From: an uncultured Chitinophagaceae bacterium
GTDB taxonomy: Bacteria; Bacteroidota; Bacteroidia; Chitinophagales; LD1
DNA: 64,000 bases
Reading direction: 5' to 3'
Assembly (NCBI GenBank): GCA_964537475.1
Contig: CAZIBY010000001.1
Location: 476,938-540,937, forward strand
Below are positions 53,495-62,333 of this stretch, piece after piece. Each line of letters begins with the position of its first letter. The stretch's first letter is position 1. Both the position numbers and the translations under genes were made by a program. Below the pieces are notes generated by a model that saw only the letters and a list, made by a program, of their open reading frames with translations, was not told the origin of the DNA and searched no databases.

Positions 53495-53972
53495 GTCTCC
53501 GGCGTCGACACCTCCCACTCCACACCTCCTTCACTGCCGCGCGATTGCATCGCGTGGCCCTCCTGTATAGCGTTTGCAACGCTACAAAGCCAATGCATCA
53601 GACAAAACCTATCTCTTATAAGTCTCCGGCGTCCTTAACTGCCGCGCGATTGCATCGCGTGGCACCCTTGTATAGCGTTTGCAACGCTACAAAGCCAATG
53701 CATCAGACAAAACCTATCTCTTATAAGTCTCCGGCGTCCTTAACTGCCGCGCGATTGCATCGCGTGGCACCCTTGTATAGCGTTTGCAACGCTACAAAGC
53801 CAATCCATCAGACAAAACCTATCTCCTATAAGTCTCCGGCGTCGACACTTCCCTTCACTGCCGCGCGATTGCATCGCGTGGCACCCCTGTATAGCGTTTG
53901 CAACGCTACAAAGCCAATCTATCAGACAAAAGCTATCTCTTATAAGTCTCCGGCGTCGACACCTCCCACTCC
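53495..53972. repeat. Tandem repeat array: four full units (127, 105, 105, 114 bp) plus a 27-nt terminal copy inside the adjacent CDS
   Basis: Units start with gtctccggcgtc at 53495, 53622, 53727, 53832 and 53946. Each carries the palindromes cgcgat-tgc-atcgcg and tagcgtt-tgc-aacgcta. The identical 27-mer gtctccggcgtcgacacctcccactcc lies at both ends. Confidence 0.9.
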
Positions 53973-54925
53973 ATATCTTCATCCAGGTCGTCAAACTCTG
54001 CCAACTCCGGATCCTCCTCCCGCAGGCGACGCTCTATCTCACGGATATCAGAGATCCCCACCTCCATCCGCAGCACCTCCGGCGTCAGTTCTATCGGATA
54101 GCGCTTTGCCTTCTTATCTACAGCAGTCGCCGCTACTTCATTTTCTGTTTCACGTATGACTTCATCTACCCTGACCGCCTCCGCATTTGAACTTTCCTCC
54201 TTGGTAGGGTTTTCGGAGTCACCGGCTGTTTGTATTAAGCCTTCCCCTTGGGGTAAGTCCCGAACCGTCGGGAGGGAGAGGTGGGCTGTTTGTATTAAGC
54301 CCACTTCTTCAGAGCGCCTGTCCGCTGCAGTGGAGTTTTCGGAGTCACCGGCCGTTTGCATTAAGCCCTCTCCTTTGGAGAGGGTTTGGGAGAGGACCGC
54401 CGTTTGCATTAAGCCCTCTCCTTCGGAGAGGTCCCGAACCGTCGGGAGGGAGAGGTCGGCTGTTTGTATTAAGCCCTCTCCTTTGGAGAGGGTTTGGGAG
54501 AGGACCGCTGTTTGTATTAAGCCTTCCCCTTGGGGTAAGTCCCGAACCGTTGGGAGGGAGAGGTGTCTATCCGCCTCCGCCAGGTAGCTCACATCCTCCT
54601 GCTGCGGCTCCCGGCCCCAGCCATAGTGATGCTGCAGCGTGAAGACACCCAGCCGCAGCGGTATCTTGCGCTGCGCCGTATTGGTATATATCCGCGCCTC
54701 AAAGTGCTGCATCAGCATCTTCATCTCATGGATGATCTCATAGTTGCGCGCCCATTTTTTGCGCCAGTAGCGCCAGATATCATCATAGTAGCCCGCGCGG
54801 GCCAGCGCCATGCCCAGGTAGAGCGTATCATCCATCATGGCAAATTTGTTGATCTTTTCGAGCGCCTTCATGGTCGCCTCGTAGGTCCATTTTTCCGCAT
54901 AGCGGTTTCCGTTTTCAGCTGACAT
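53933..54925 (-). CDS. Terminase-small-subunit-like N-terminal domain protein with a repeat-derived middle region
   Basis: The N-terminus NGNRYAEKWTYEATMKALEKI...LGMALARAGYYDDIWRYWRKKW...GVFTLQHHYGWGRE matches my recollection of Bacteroidota phage TerS-like proteins (GN.NA.KWT.E ... F.LK...GW). Residues ~120-240 are translated hairpin repeats. Confidence 0.55.
   Translation of the reverse strand: MSAENGNRYAEKWTYEATMKALEKINKFAMMDDTLYLGMALARAGYYDDIWRYWRKKWARNYEIIHEMKMLMQHFEARIYTNTAQRKIPLRLGVFTLQHHYGWGREPQQEDVSYLAEADRHLSLPTVRDLPQGEGLIQTAVLSQTLSKGEGLIQTADLSLPTVRDLSEGEGLMQTAVLSQTLSKGEGLMQTAGDSENSTAADRRSEEVGLIQTAHLSLPTVRDLPQGEGLIQTAGDSENPTKEESSNAEAVRVDEVIRETENEVAATAVDKKAKRYPIELTPEVLRMEVGISDIREIERRLREEDPELAEFDDLDEDMEWEVSTPETYKR
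54210..54565. repeat. Array of six hairpin repeat units (core g[gc]c[tc]gtttg[tc]attaagcc + hairpin) lying in frame inside the CDS
   Basis: Units contain ccctctcc-tttg-gagaggg, cctctcc-ttcg-gagagg and ccttcccc-ttg-gggtaag hairpins. The translated peptide repeats are GEGLIQTA / GEGLMQTA. Confidence 0.85.
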
Positions 54926-55143
54926 AGATTCAGTTTTGATTTAAAAAATAATTGAAAAGTTACTCCGTATGAAAGCCCTGAAAGGGCGCCCGCCACTAGA
55001 GTAGGGCATCGCCCTACGACCAAGCATCGCGCCTATAAAATAACAACAGCATTTGCGAGAAAAATTCAGCTCAAAAAATAAACAAGATATTTTTCGAAGC
55101 AATCTTCTACTTAGTTTACAGACATCCACAAAGGCAGTTACCA

Positions 55144-55179
55144 GGCTGTTAAAGTCTCCCTTCAGGGAGATTTAGAGGG
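55144..55179. repeat. Second copy of the 38-nt hairpin repeat (ggctgttaaagtctcccttcagggagatttagaggg)
   Basis: Matches 8931-8969 except for a 1-bp shorter stem on each arm, a compensated indel. Confidence 0.75.
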
Positions 55180-55381
55180 TTGTATTGAGAGATCTGTATC
55201 TATTCCAATTACTTAAGCTCAGCCGGCAGGTCGCAATCGCTTTTGCAGAATACAAATAAAGCAAAAATAAGCCATATCAGCAACTTAAAGCCTCATTACT
55301 TTTATCCACAAAAACGTAGCCCCACCTGAACTATTTTATCCTATTTTCACCGTCCTTATTATTCATCAAAACTTCATTCTT

Positions 55382-56452
55382 ATGGATCAAAGAAAATGGC
55401 CTTCCCTCTTCATCGCACTGCTCGCCCTCATGCTCTCGCACGGTACTACCCAGGCCCAGTGGCAGACCAGCGTCCGTACAGCCAAGGGCGCAGAAGACAT
55501 CACCTGCCGCTATTATGAGAACCAGGCTCCGGCAGATATGATCGATGCCCCCATCACCTACTTCGTAGCCTATAATCCCAATTCCCCTCAGGTCAAAAAG
55601 TACTTTGAGGTACTCAAGGCCACATGGAAGCTCACCACCAATTTCGAACTCATCAGCTTCGATCAGGTCAAATCAAAGCTCGCTCCGCACGCCATCTTCA
55701 TAGCCCCTACCGTACAGCTCTTTACTGACGTCAGGCTGGTAGGCTATTCTATTATGACCTTCTCTGATCAGGCCATCAAAGACCCAGACGCTTGGATCAA
55801 AGAAGACGACGGCAACCTCAACTTCAAGGGAGGGATCATCCACCGCAAGATCATGATCGAGCAGCCCTGGGATGTGGTCAAGGCACAAGCCAAAAACGGC
55901 GAGAAGCTCAAAGTCATCCTGTCAGAAGACAAGACCTCTATGTACAAGTCGCTAAACGGCACCAACCTATCGCCTTTTGAGATGGATGAAAACAAATTTC
56001 TGGCGTGGAATGAAGACGTATTCCGCCAGCAGCTCCTGAGCTACCAGTGGTTCTTTGACACCTACGTGAAAACCGACAAGGTCAAAGAATCTACCAAGGA
56101 GATGAAAAACCTCGTCAGCCCGGCAGCAGACAAGCTCAAGTCAGAGACACTCTACATACCGGACTACGTCCTGGCCCAGCAGATGAAATCAAACGAGCCA
56201 CTCCCGGTAGACAAGGCCATGAAAGACTACCCATTTACATGGAAGAAGCTCACCAATGCAGACTTCAAAAAGAAGCTCAAGGCAGGCGAGAACTTTTACT
56301 ATCTGCATATGGACAGGCTCTATGACGTCCAGTGGCTCTGCGAGGTCATAGATGCCCGCACCGACCAGATAGTCTACACGCGCTACTATTGCTGCGATAT
56401 GGCCCTCTCTCCCGGCATGCTCAAGAACCTGCGCACCGATCTCACTAAGTAA
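55382..56452 (+). CDS. Hypothetical secreted protein
   Basis: Signal peptide MDQRKWPSLFIALLALMLSHGTTQAQ. No domain recognised. Confidence 0.55.
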   Translation: MDQRKWPSLFIALLALMLSHGTTQAQWQTSVRTAKGAEDITCRYYENQAPADMIDAPITYFVAYNPNSPQVKKYFEVLKATWKLTTNFELISFDQVKSKLAPHAIFIAPTVQLFTDVRLVGYSIMTFSDQAIKDPDAWIKEDDGNLNFKGGIIHRKIMIEQPWDVVKAQAKNGEKLKVILSEDKTSMYKSLNGTNLSPFEMDENKFLAWNEDVFRQQLLSYQWFFDTYVKTDKVKESTKEMKNLVSPAADKLKSETLYIPDYVLAQQMKSNEPLPVDKAMKDYPFTWKKLTNADFKKKLKAGENFYYLHMDRLYDVQWLCEVIDARTDQIVYTRYYCCDMALSPGMLKNLRTDLTK

Positions 56453-56631
56453 TAACGCGTCACAGCTTTGCTATCTGAGGCATATTGCCGGCATCTCCTC
56501 CCTTGCCGTCAATATGCCTCATTTATTTCATACTACATATTAAATAATAATTTAAACTATAATCCCTCTATAGTCGGAAAACTTGCCCTCCGTTCACCTA
56601 CATACATCGTCCGTACACCACATTTCCGTCT

Positions 56632-59600
56632 GTGATATGGGGTACTTTAAACCTAATAATCACACCTTTGTCTCATACACAGACACTACCGTTGAGGGCT
56701 ATCCACCACCTGCTGCGCAGCCTGCTATGGGCTGCCCTCCTGCTATGTAGCGGGCAGGGGCTCCATGCGGCTACGCTGGCCGCTACGGTGACCAGCACCG
56801 CCTCCCTCTGCTATGACGATGGCACCCTCACTGTCACACCCTCCGGCGGCACTGCTCCCTACACCCTCACACTCCTCTCCGGCCCCGCCGACCCCAATAT
56901 CACCTATCCTGTCACCCTCGCCGCCGGGCTCACCACCTTTGGCGGGCTACCCGCGGGCAGCTATACCGTCTCTATCACTGACGCCGGGGGCACCACCGGC
57001 ACAGTCACGGGCGCCGTGCCGGGCACGTATCAGTTCCCTACGCTGGCCTATAGCGTCCATAGCGGCACCATAGCAGCCACGGTCAGCGGGGGCCGCGCGC
57101 CATACCTCTATGCCATCTCCTCTACCGGCTCCAATACAGGCTTTGGCGCCTACCAGCCCACAGACTCCTTTACGGGCCTCTGTCCGGGCTTCTACTGGGT
57201 CCGCGTCATAGACTCCTGCGGCAATATCTATACGAACGAGGTGACCTACTCAGACCCCGTAGGCGCCTCTATAGCCTGCCTCAACTTCTCTAAAGGCACC
57301 CTCAGTGTCACAGCCTCCGGTGGCCGCGCTCCCTACACCTACAGCATAGCCGGCCAGAGCAATAGCACAGGCCAGTTCTCCGGCCTGCCCGCCTACTATA
57401 CAGATACCCTGCACATCACTGATGCCTGCGGCCAGCACTATGATCTGTACATCCCGCCGCCTACCGTGTCCCTCACGCAGCACTGCCCGTCAGACAGCAT
57501 CATCTACCTGGCTGGCGTAGCGCCGCCTGTGGTGCCTGATACGCTCACCTTCATCTGTACCAACTGTATCCCCGCGCAGACCGTGACCCGCGTGTACAAC
57601 GGCACCCCTATCATAGCTGATAGCCTCTTTCTGCACCAGCCACAGAGCACCTCTTATAATATCGTCGTCCTCAGCTCTGCCTGTGGCGGCGATACCATAC
57701 AGCATGCCCCTCCGGGCATCAGTACTGACATCACGCTGGATATCCACTTCCTGAGCTGCCGCAGTTTCCAGGCATCAGTGTCCAATCATGGTGCCGCTGT
57801 AGCCGTAGACTCATTCGTACTCACACATACCCTCTACGGCCCCACCGTAGCCGCCAATACCACAGGCCTCTTTGAGCACATGCCTGATGGCTTCTACATC
57901 GTCACTGCCTTCATCGGCCCGCTGTGCAATGATACTCCCCGCGCCTACGTGACCATTCCTTACTTCGCGGCTGGCTGCTTTACCCTGATGAAGGATGCCA
58001 CCTGCCACAATGCCTGGGAGTGGTCTGCCAGTGTCACCACCTCTGAGACCTACTCCCTCATCTACCCTCCGCATGATACCATAGCCGCAGACTCGACCCG
58101 CTTCTTCAATGCCAACTTCTACAACCTGGCTACCAACACCAGCTATACCCTCATCTCTGACAGCGGCTGCAGCGAGACACTCATGACACCTATAGCAGAC
58201 CCGCCTGCCGTCACAGCCGCGGCGTATCTGCCCTGTGTGGGCCAGCCGGTCATCACCTTTCACAGTACGCCCTATACCTACTGCTACAGCGCAGCACAGG
58301 CATCTATGATCCGTATCAAGGTTTACTATCAAGGCAGCATGCTGTATAATATCTATGCCTCTACAGACACCGATGTCACTGCCAATATCGTAGGCTCGGG
58401 CACCTACCACTACCGGATCTATGCAGTCAATCCGCTGGACACCTCAGCTGCCATGCGCTATGACTCTATATGCCCCATAGACACAGGCTCCGTCTTCATG
58501 GCCAATACGCAGGTACCCTACCTGCTCTCCTCTGTAGCGCTGGTGTGTGACTCGGTGGTATCAGCCGACTCTATCACCTATCAGGTCTATGGTGGCTCCA
58601 TACCCTACACGGTAGAGATACCGGGCTTTGACACGGTACAGCTCGCCGCCAATACCGGTACCTTCCCTACACGCGCGGCTGGCACCTATACCATGATCGT
58701 GTATGACAACTGTGGCATCAGCCGGAGCCTCACCTTCAATATCGTAGACACCTGCAATGACTGCCCCTATGCAGCCATAGACCTGCCTGATACCTTTGCT
58801 TGTGCCGCAGATACCGTGCTGCTCAGGAGTGGCGGCGTGCATGGCACCTTCTTCCATTGGTATGTGAATGGCGCTCTATATAGCCAGGCGGAGGACACCA
58901 TGCTCATCTCAGGCGCTGGCAGCAATGCGCTCATGCTGGTAGTCATCTCTCCCAGCGGCTGTGCAGATACTGCAAACGCACATACGACTGATACCTGCCG
59001 AGGCTGCCCGCATCCCGGCATCGCGCTCTCTGATACTATCACCTGTCCCGGCAGCACTGTCTCCTTTCACAATACCAGCATCGGAGGCATCAGCTATCAG
59101 TGGTATGTCAATGGCGTGGCCTACAGCACTGCGGCAGACACTACCTATACAGCTCCTGCCACAGGCACCTATATAGTCCGGCTCCTCGTGACCTCCGCTA
59201 CCCTATGCGTAGATAGTATCACGCGCAGCTTCACCGTACTGCCGGTCTACAGCATCACCCTGCCGCCTGATACTGTCTACTGCGGGCCATTCAGCAGGGT
59301 GCTGAGTACGGGCATCCCCATGACCACATGGTCTACAGGCCAGACAGCATCACAGATCACCGCTACTGCTCCGGGCACCTATACCGCTACCGCAGGCAAT
59401 ATCTGCGGCACCTCTACAGCCACTACCACTATCGTGGAAAAGCCCCTGCCCGTCATCGCCCTCGGGCGTGACACCATGCTGTGCGAGGGCGGCACTATCA
59501 CGCTGGATGCGGGTAATGCAGGCGCCACCTACCACTGGCAGGACCAGTCTACAGATCAGACCTTCACCACCACTGCTACCGGCAGCTACAGCGTCACCGT

Positions 59601-60147
59601 GACAGTCAACGGCTGCTCAGCCGCTGATGCGATCAATGTGAAGTTCATCCGCCGTCCTACGGCTTTCTCCCTCGGGCCGGATACTACGATCTGCTCTATC
59701 TTCCCCCTCGTGCTGAATGCATACCAACCTGACGCCTACTATCAGTGGAATACCGGCTCCATCTCCTCGCAGCTACACATAGACAGCGCGGGTACCTACA
59801 TAGTGACCGACTCCAATGCCTGCGGCCAGGCCTCTGATACGATCATCGTAGGCGTAGAGGTATGCCAGTGCATCGTGCTCATCCCTACGGCCTTCTCGCC
59901 TAATGGGGATGGCATCAATGACAAGTACGGGGCAGTGAGCCCCTGCACGCCGCTGGACTTCTCCCTGCTGATCTACAATCGCTGGGGCGAGCAGGTCTTT
60001 AGCTCCAATAACATCACTGACTGGTGGGATGGCACCTACAAGGGGCAGGTACAGCCGCTATCGGTCTTCGTATGGTACATGCGCTACATAGACCCATACA
60101 CTATGATACATCATAGCGAGGCAGGCAATGTGACGCTGGTGCGATAG
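56632..60147 (+). CDS. CHU_C (type-B T9SS C-terminal domain) adhesin with SprB-like repeats; no adjacent PorP/SprF gene
   Basis: GGTAPYTLTLLSG, GGRAPYLYAISS and GGRAPYTYSIAG repeats. C-terminal IPTAFSPNGDGINDKYG...IYNRWGEQVFSS. The start is uncertain: GTG at 56632, or an in-frame TTG at 56692 that gives the signal peptide (M)RAIHHLLRSLLWAALLLCSGQGLHA. Confidence 0.88.
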   Translation: MIWGTLNLIITPLSHTQTLPLRAIHHLLRSLLWAALLLCSGQGLHAATLAATVTSTASLCYDDGTLTVTPSGGTAPYTLTLLSGPADPNITYPVTLAAGLTTFGGLPAGSYTVSITDAGGTTGTVTGAVPGTYQFPTLAYSVHSGTIAATVSGGRAPYLYAISSTGSNTGFGAYQPTDSFTGLCPGFYWVRVIDSCGNIYTNEVTYSDPVGASIACLNFSKGTLSVTASGGRAPYTYSIAGQSNSTGQFSGLPAYYTDTLHITDACGQHYDLYIPPPTVSLTQHCPSDSIIYLAGVAPPVVPDTLTFICTNCIPAQTVTRVYNGTPIIADSLFLHQPQSTSYNIVVLSSACGGDTIQHAPPGISTDITLDIHFLSCRSFQASVSNHGAAVAVDSFVLTHTLYGPTVAANTTGLFEHMPDGFYIVTAFIGPLCNDTPRAYVTIPYFAAGCFTLMKDATCHNAWEWSASVTTSETYSLIYPPHDTIAADSTRFFNANFYNLATNTSYTLISDSGCSETLMTPIADPPAVTAAAYLPCVGQPVITFHSTPYTYCYSAAQASMIRIKVYYQGSMLYNIYASTDTDVTANIVGSGTYHYRIYAVNPLDTSAAMRYDSICPIDTGSVFMANTQVPYLLSSVALVCDSVVSADSITYQVYGGSIPYTVEIPGFDTVQLAANTGTFPTRAAGTYTMIVYDNCGISRSLTFNIVDTCNDCPYAAIDLPDTFACAADTVLLRSGGVHGTFFHWYVNGALYSQAEDTMLISGAGSNALMLVVISPSGCADTANAHTTDTCRGCPHPGIALSDTITCPGSTVSFHNTSIGGISYQWYVNGVAYSTAADTTYTAPATGTYIVRLLVTSATLCVDSITRSFTVLPVYSITLPPDTVYCGPFSRVLSTGIPMTTWSTGQTASQITATAPGTYTATAGNICGTSTATTTIVEKPLPVIALGRDTMLCEGGTITLDAGNAGATYHWQDQSTDQTFTTTATGSYSVTVTVNGCSAADAINVKFIRRPTAFSLGPDTTICSIFPLVLNAYQPDAYYQWNTGSISSQLHIDSAGTYIVTDSNACGQASDTIIVGVEVCQCIVLIPTAFSPNGDGINDKYGAVSPCTPLDFSLLIYNRWGEQVFSSNNITDWWDGTYKGQVQPLSVFVWYMRYIDPYTMIHHSEAGNVTLVR

Positions 60148-60169
60148 GCCTGGCGACCTGACCGCTTTA

Positions 60170-61282
60170 TCAGAGGTACTTAAAGTTAAACTTCGGCGTC
60201 AGTACCAGCAGGGACTCGTAGATCAGCTTGACCACATTCTCCAGATCCTCCTGGTGCACCATCTCTACCGTAGTGTGCATGTAGCGCAGTGGCAGGGAGA
60301 TGAGGGCAGACGGTATACCACCATTGGCATAGGCAAAGGCATCCGTATCCGTACCCGTGCTGCGGCTCGCAGCATCCATCTGGTATGGTATCTTGTTCTT
60401 ATCTGCAGTAGTGCGTATCAGGCCCAGGAGCTTATTATGTACAGCGGGGCCTACCGTCAGCAGCGGCCCATCACCACACTTAAACTCTCCCTCCACCGTC
60501 TTATCGATCATCGGTGTGGTGGTATCATGAGCTACATCTGTGATGATGCAGCAGTTTGGCTTGATGCTCTGCACCACCATCTCGGCACCGCGCAGGCCTA
60601 CTTCCTCCTGCACAGAGTTGACGATATAGAGTGCAAATGGCAGCTTCTTCTTGTTCTCTTTGAGCATACGGGCCACCTTGGCTATCATAAAGCCACCAGC
60701 CCTGTTGTCTAGTGCACGGCCACCAAAGTAGCGGTCATTCAGGGTAAAGAACTCATCACGATAGGTGATCACGCAGCCTACATGGATACCCTTGTCCTCC
60801 ACCTCCTTCTTAGAGGTGCAGCCGCAGTCCAGGAAGATATTCTCTACTGCAGGGGTCTTCTCTGTGCCTGGCTTGCGCGTGTGGATAGCCGGCCAGCCAA
60901 AGACTGCGGGCACGCGGCCCCGATCAGTATGGATAAAGACGCGCATAGAAGGTGCTATCATATGGTCGGAGCCTCCGTTGCGCTTCACATAGATGAGGCC
61001 GTCAGGAGAGATATAGCTGACGAACCAACTGATCTCATCGGCATGCGCCTCTATCACTACTTTAAACTCAGCCTTGGGGTTGATCACGCCATACACCGTG
61101 CCGTAGTTGTCTACATGGTATTCGTCTATGGCAGGTTTGATATAGTTCAGCCAGAGCTTCTGGCCCTCCGCTTCAAATCCTGTAGGGGATGCATTGTTGA
61201 TATAGGATTCAAAAAATGCGACGTCTTCTTTGGTCAGTATAGAAGGCTTTTTCTTTGCAGCCTTCCCGTTTGATTTGGCCAT
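60170..61282 (-). CDS. M42-family metallo-aminopeptidase (FrvX/YsdC-like)
   Basis: VIEAHADEISWFV, GRALDNRAGG, NSVQEEVGLRGA and IITDVAHDT are typical M42 metal-ligand segments. Confidence 0.88.
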   Translation of the reverse strand: MAKSNGKAAKKKPSILTKEDVAFFESYINNASPTGFEAEGQKLWLNYIKPAIDEYHVDNYGTVYGVINPKAEFKVVIEAHADEISWFVSYISPDGLIYVKRNGGSDHMIAPSMRVFIHTDRGRVPAVFGWPAIHTRKPGTEKTPAVENIFLDCGCTSKKEVEDKGIHVGCVITYRDEFFTLNDRYFGGRALDNRAGGFMIAKVARMLKENKKKLPFALYIVNSVQEEVGLRGAEMVVQSIKPNCCIITDVAHDTTTPMIDKTVEGEFKCGDGPLLTVGPAVHNKLLGLIRTTADKNKIPYQMDAASRSTGTDTDAFAYANGGIPSALISLPLRYMHTTVEMVHQEDLENVVKLIYESLLVLTPKFNFKYL

Positions 61283-61372
61283 GTTAAGGATTATTTAATA
61301 GCAAGTTTAGGAAATGTTTCCATGTATACCAACCTATCTCACACGAGGCCCGTTTTTTAACCAAATGGCACA

Positions 61373-62266
61373 TCACATGGCCAGATACGGCAGCAGCCGG
61401 TCATACACCTCCTGTGTTACGGATGGTAGTTCCTTTAGTTGCTCCACATGCTGAAAATCTCCCTGCCGCTCACGGTAGCCGGTGATACCTCTGGCTATTT
61501 TGGCATGGATATATGGGTGCCTGCGCAGGGTCTCATAGTCGTCTGTATTGAGGTGCAGTAGGTGCAGGTGCGGAGCGCTGACTGTGAGGCGCGGGCGTAT
61601 AGCCGCAAAGACGCTATCACTGATACCACGCACCTCGCCTACCTGGTCCACGCTGTAGAAACCACCCAGCGACTCGCGGTACCGTATGATGCGCACAGAC
61701 AGCACCGGGCCTATGCCCCAGAGGCTCTCCCATGCCGCTGAGTCGGCAGTATTGATCTCGATCAGGGTCTGGTGGGCACGGGTAGCAGCCTCGCGCTGCT
61801 GCACACCTGCCGCAGTGATGCGCACATACGGCATCAGCCGCACCTTGTCAGAGTCTGAGAGGGAGTAGAGCCTGTTGATATCCTCCGCTGCGCGGAAAGT
61901 GCCCCCTTTGGCCTTGTAGCGCTCTATCCCGTTGGCTTGCTTCTCGGTCAGGCCCAGGCGCAGCCAGTCAGAGACACCGATCGTATTCGGGTCAAAGTAA
62001 AACAGGCCTTTAGTGTTCTTTGAAACAGGGGCAGCCTCATCATCCGGGGCTTCATGCTCCGTCGGGTCATCAGCATGGTCGTGATGGATAGCAGCCTCTG
62101 CCACCTCGCGGCGTAGTGCGCTATCATCAGATACCGGCTGGCGCAGGCTATAGTAGTGATATGCCCGCGTACCGCCCAGCACCATCAGGATCAGGACCAC
62201 CAGCGCCACCACTGCGCGCCGCTGCGAGCGGGTATAGAGCATAAACTGGCTGATCAGGTCCCTCAT
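61373..62266 (-). CDS. ComEA-like helix-hairpin-helix DNA-binding protein with N-terminal membrane anchor
   Basis: TM helix VVALVVLILMVLGG. Two HhH units: IEINTADSAAWESLWGIGPVLSVRIIRYRESLGGF and HLNTDDYETLRRHPYIHAKIARGITGYRERQGDF. Confidence 0.8.
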   Translation of the reverse strand: MRDLISQFMLYTRSQRRAVVALVVLILMVLGGTRAYHYYSLRQPVSDDSALRREVAEAAIHHDHADDPTEHEAPDDEAAPVSKNTKGLFYFDPNTIGVSDWLRLGLTEKQANGIERYKAKGGTFRAAEDINRLYSLSDSDKVRLMPYVRITAAGVQQREAATRAHQTLIEINTADSAAWESLWGIGPVLSVRIIRYRESLGGFYSVDQVGEVRGISDSVFAAIRPRLTVSAPHLHLLHLNTDDYETLRRHPYIHAKIARGITGYRERQGDFQHVEQLKELPSVTQEVYDRLLPYLAM

Positions 62267-62333
62267 GGCTCTAATATAAAAAACTATCCCCGCCTGTATG
62301 GCGGGGATAGCTACTCAATGATGACAAATTCAA

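Noticed and set aside
53495-53972. CRISPR array
   Set aside because: The units are contiguous and near-identical over their full length, with no unique spacers. No cas genes are nearby.
53314-54159. 281-aa plus-strand ORF reading through the tandem repeats, giving repeat units of about 35 aa
   Set aside because: It overlaps two better-supported minus-strand genes at both ends, and the first unit (127 bp) is not a multiple of 3. The sequence (AARLHRVAPLYSVCNATKP...) looks like translated palindromes rather than a folded repeat protein.
55302-55310. Perfect DnaA box TTATCCACA, plus weaker boxes at about 42770-42805, considered as possible oriC
   Set aside because: There are single or paired boxes only. 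No cluster, no AT-rich unwinding element next to them, and no dnaA/dnaN neighbourhood were seen.
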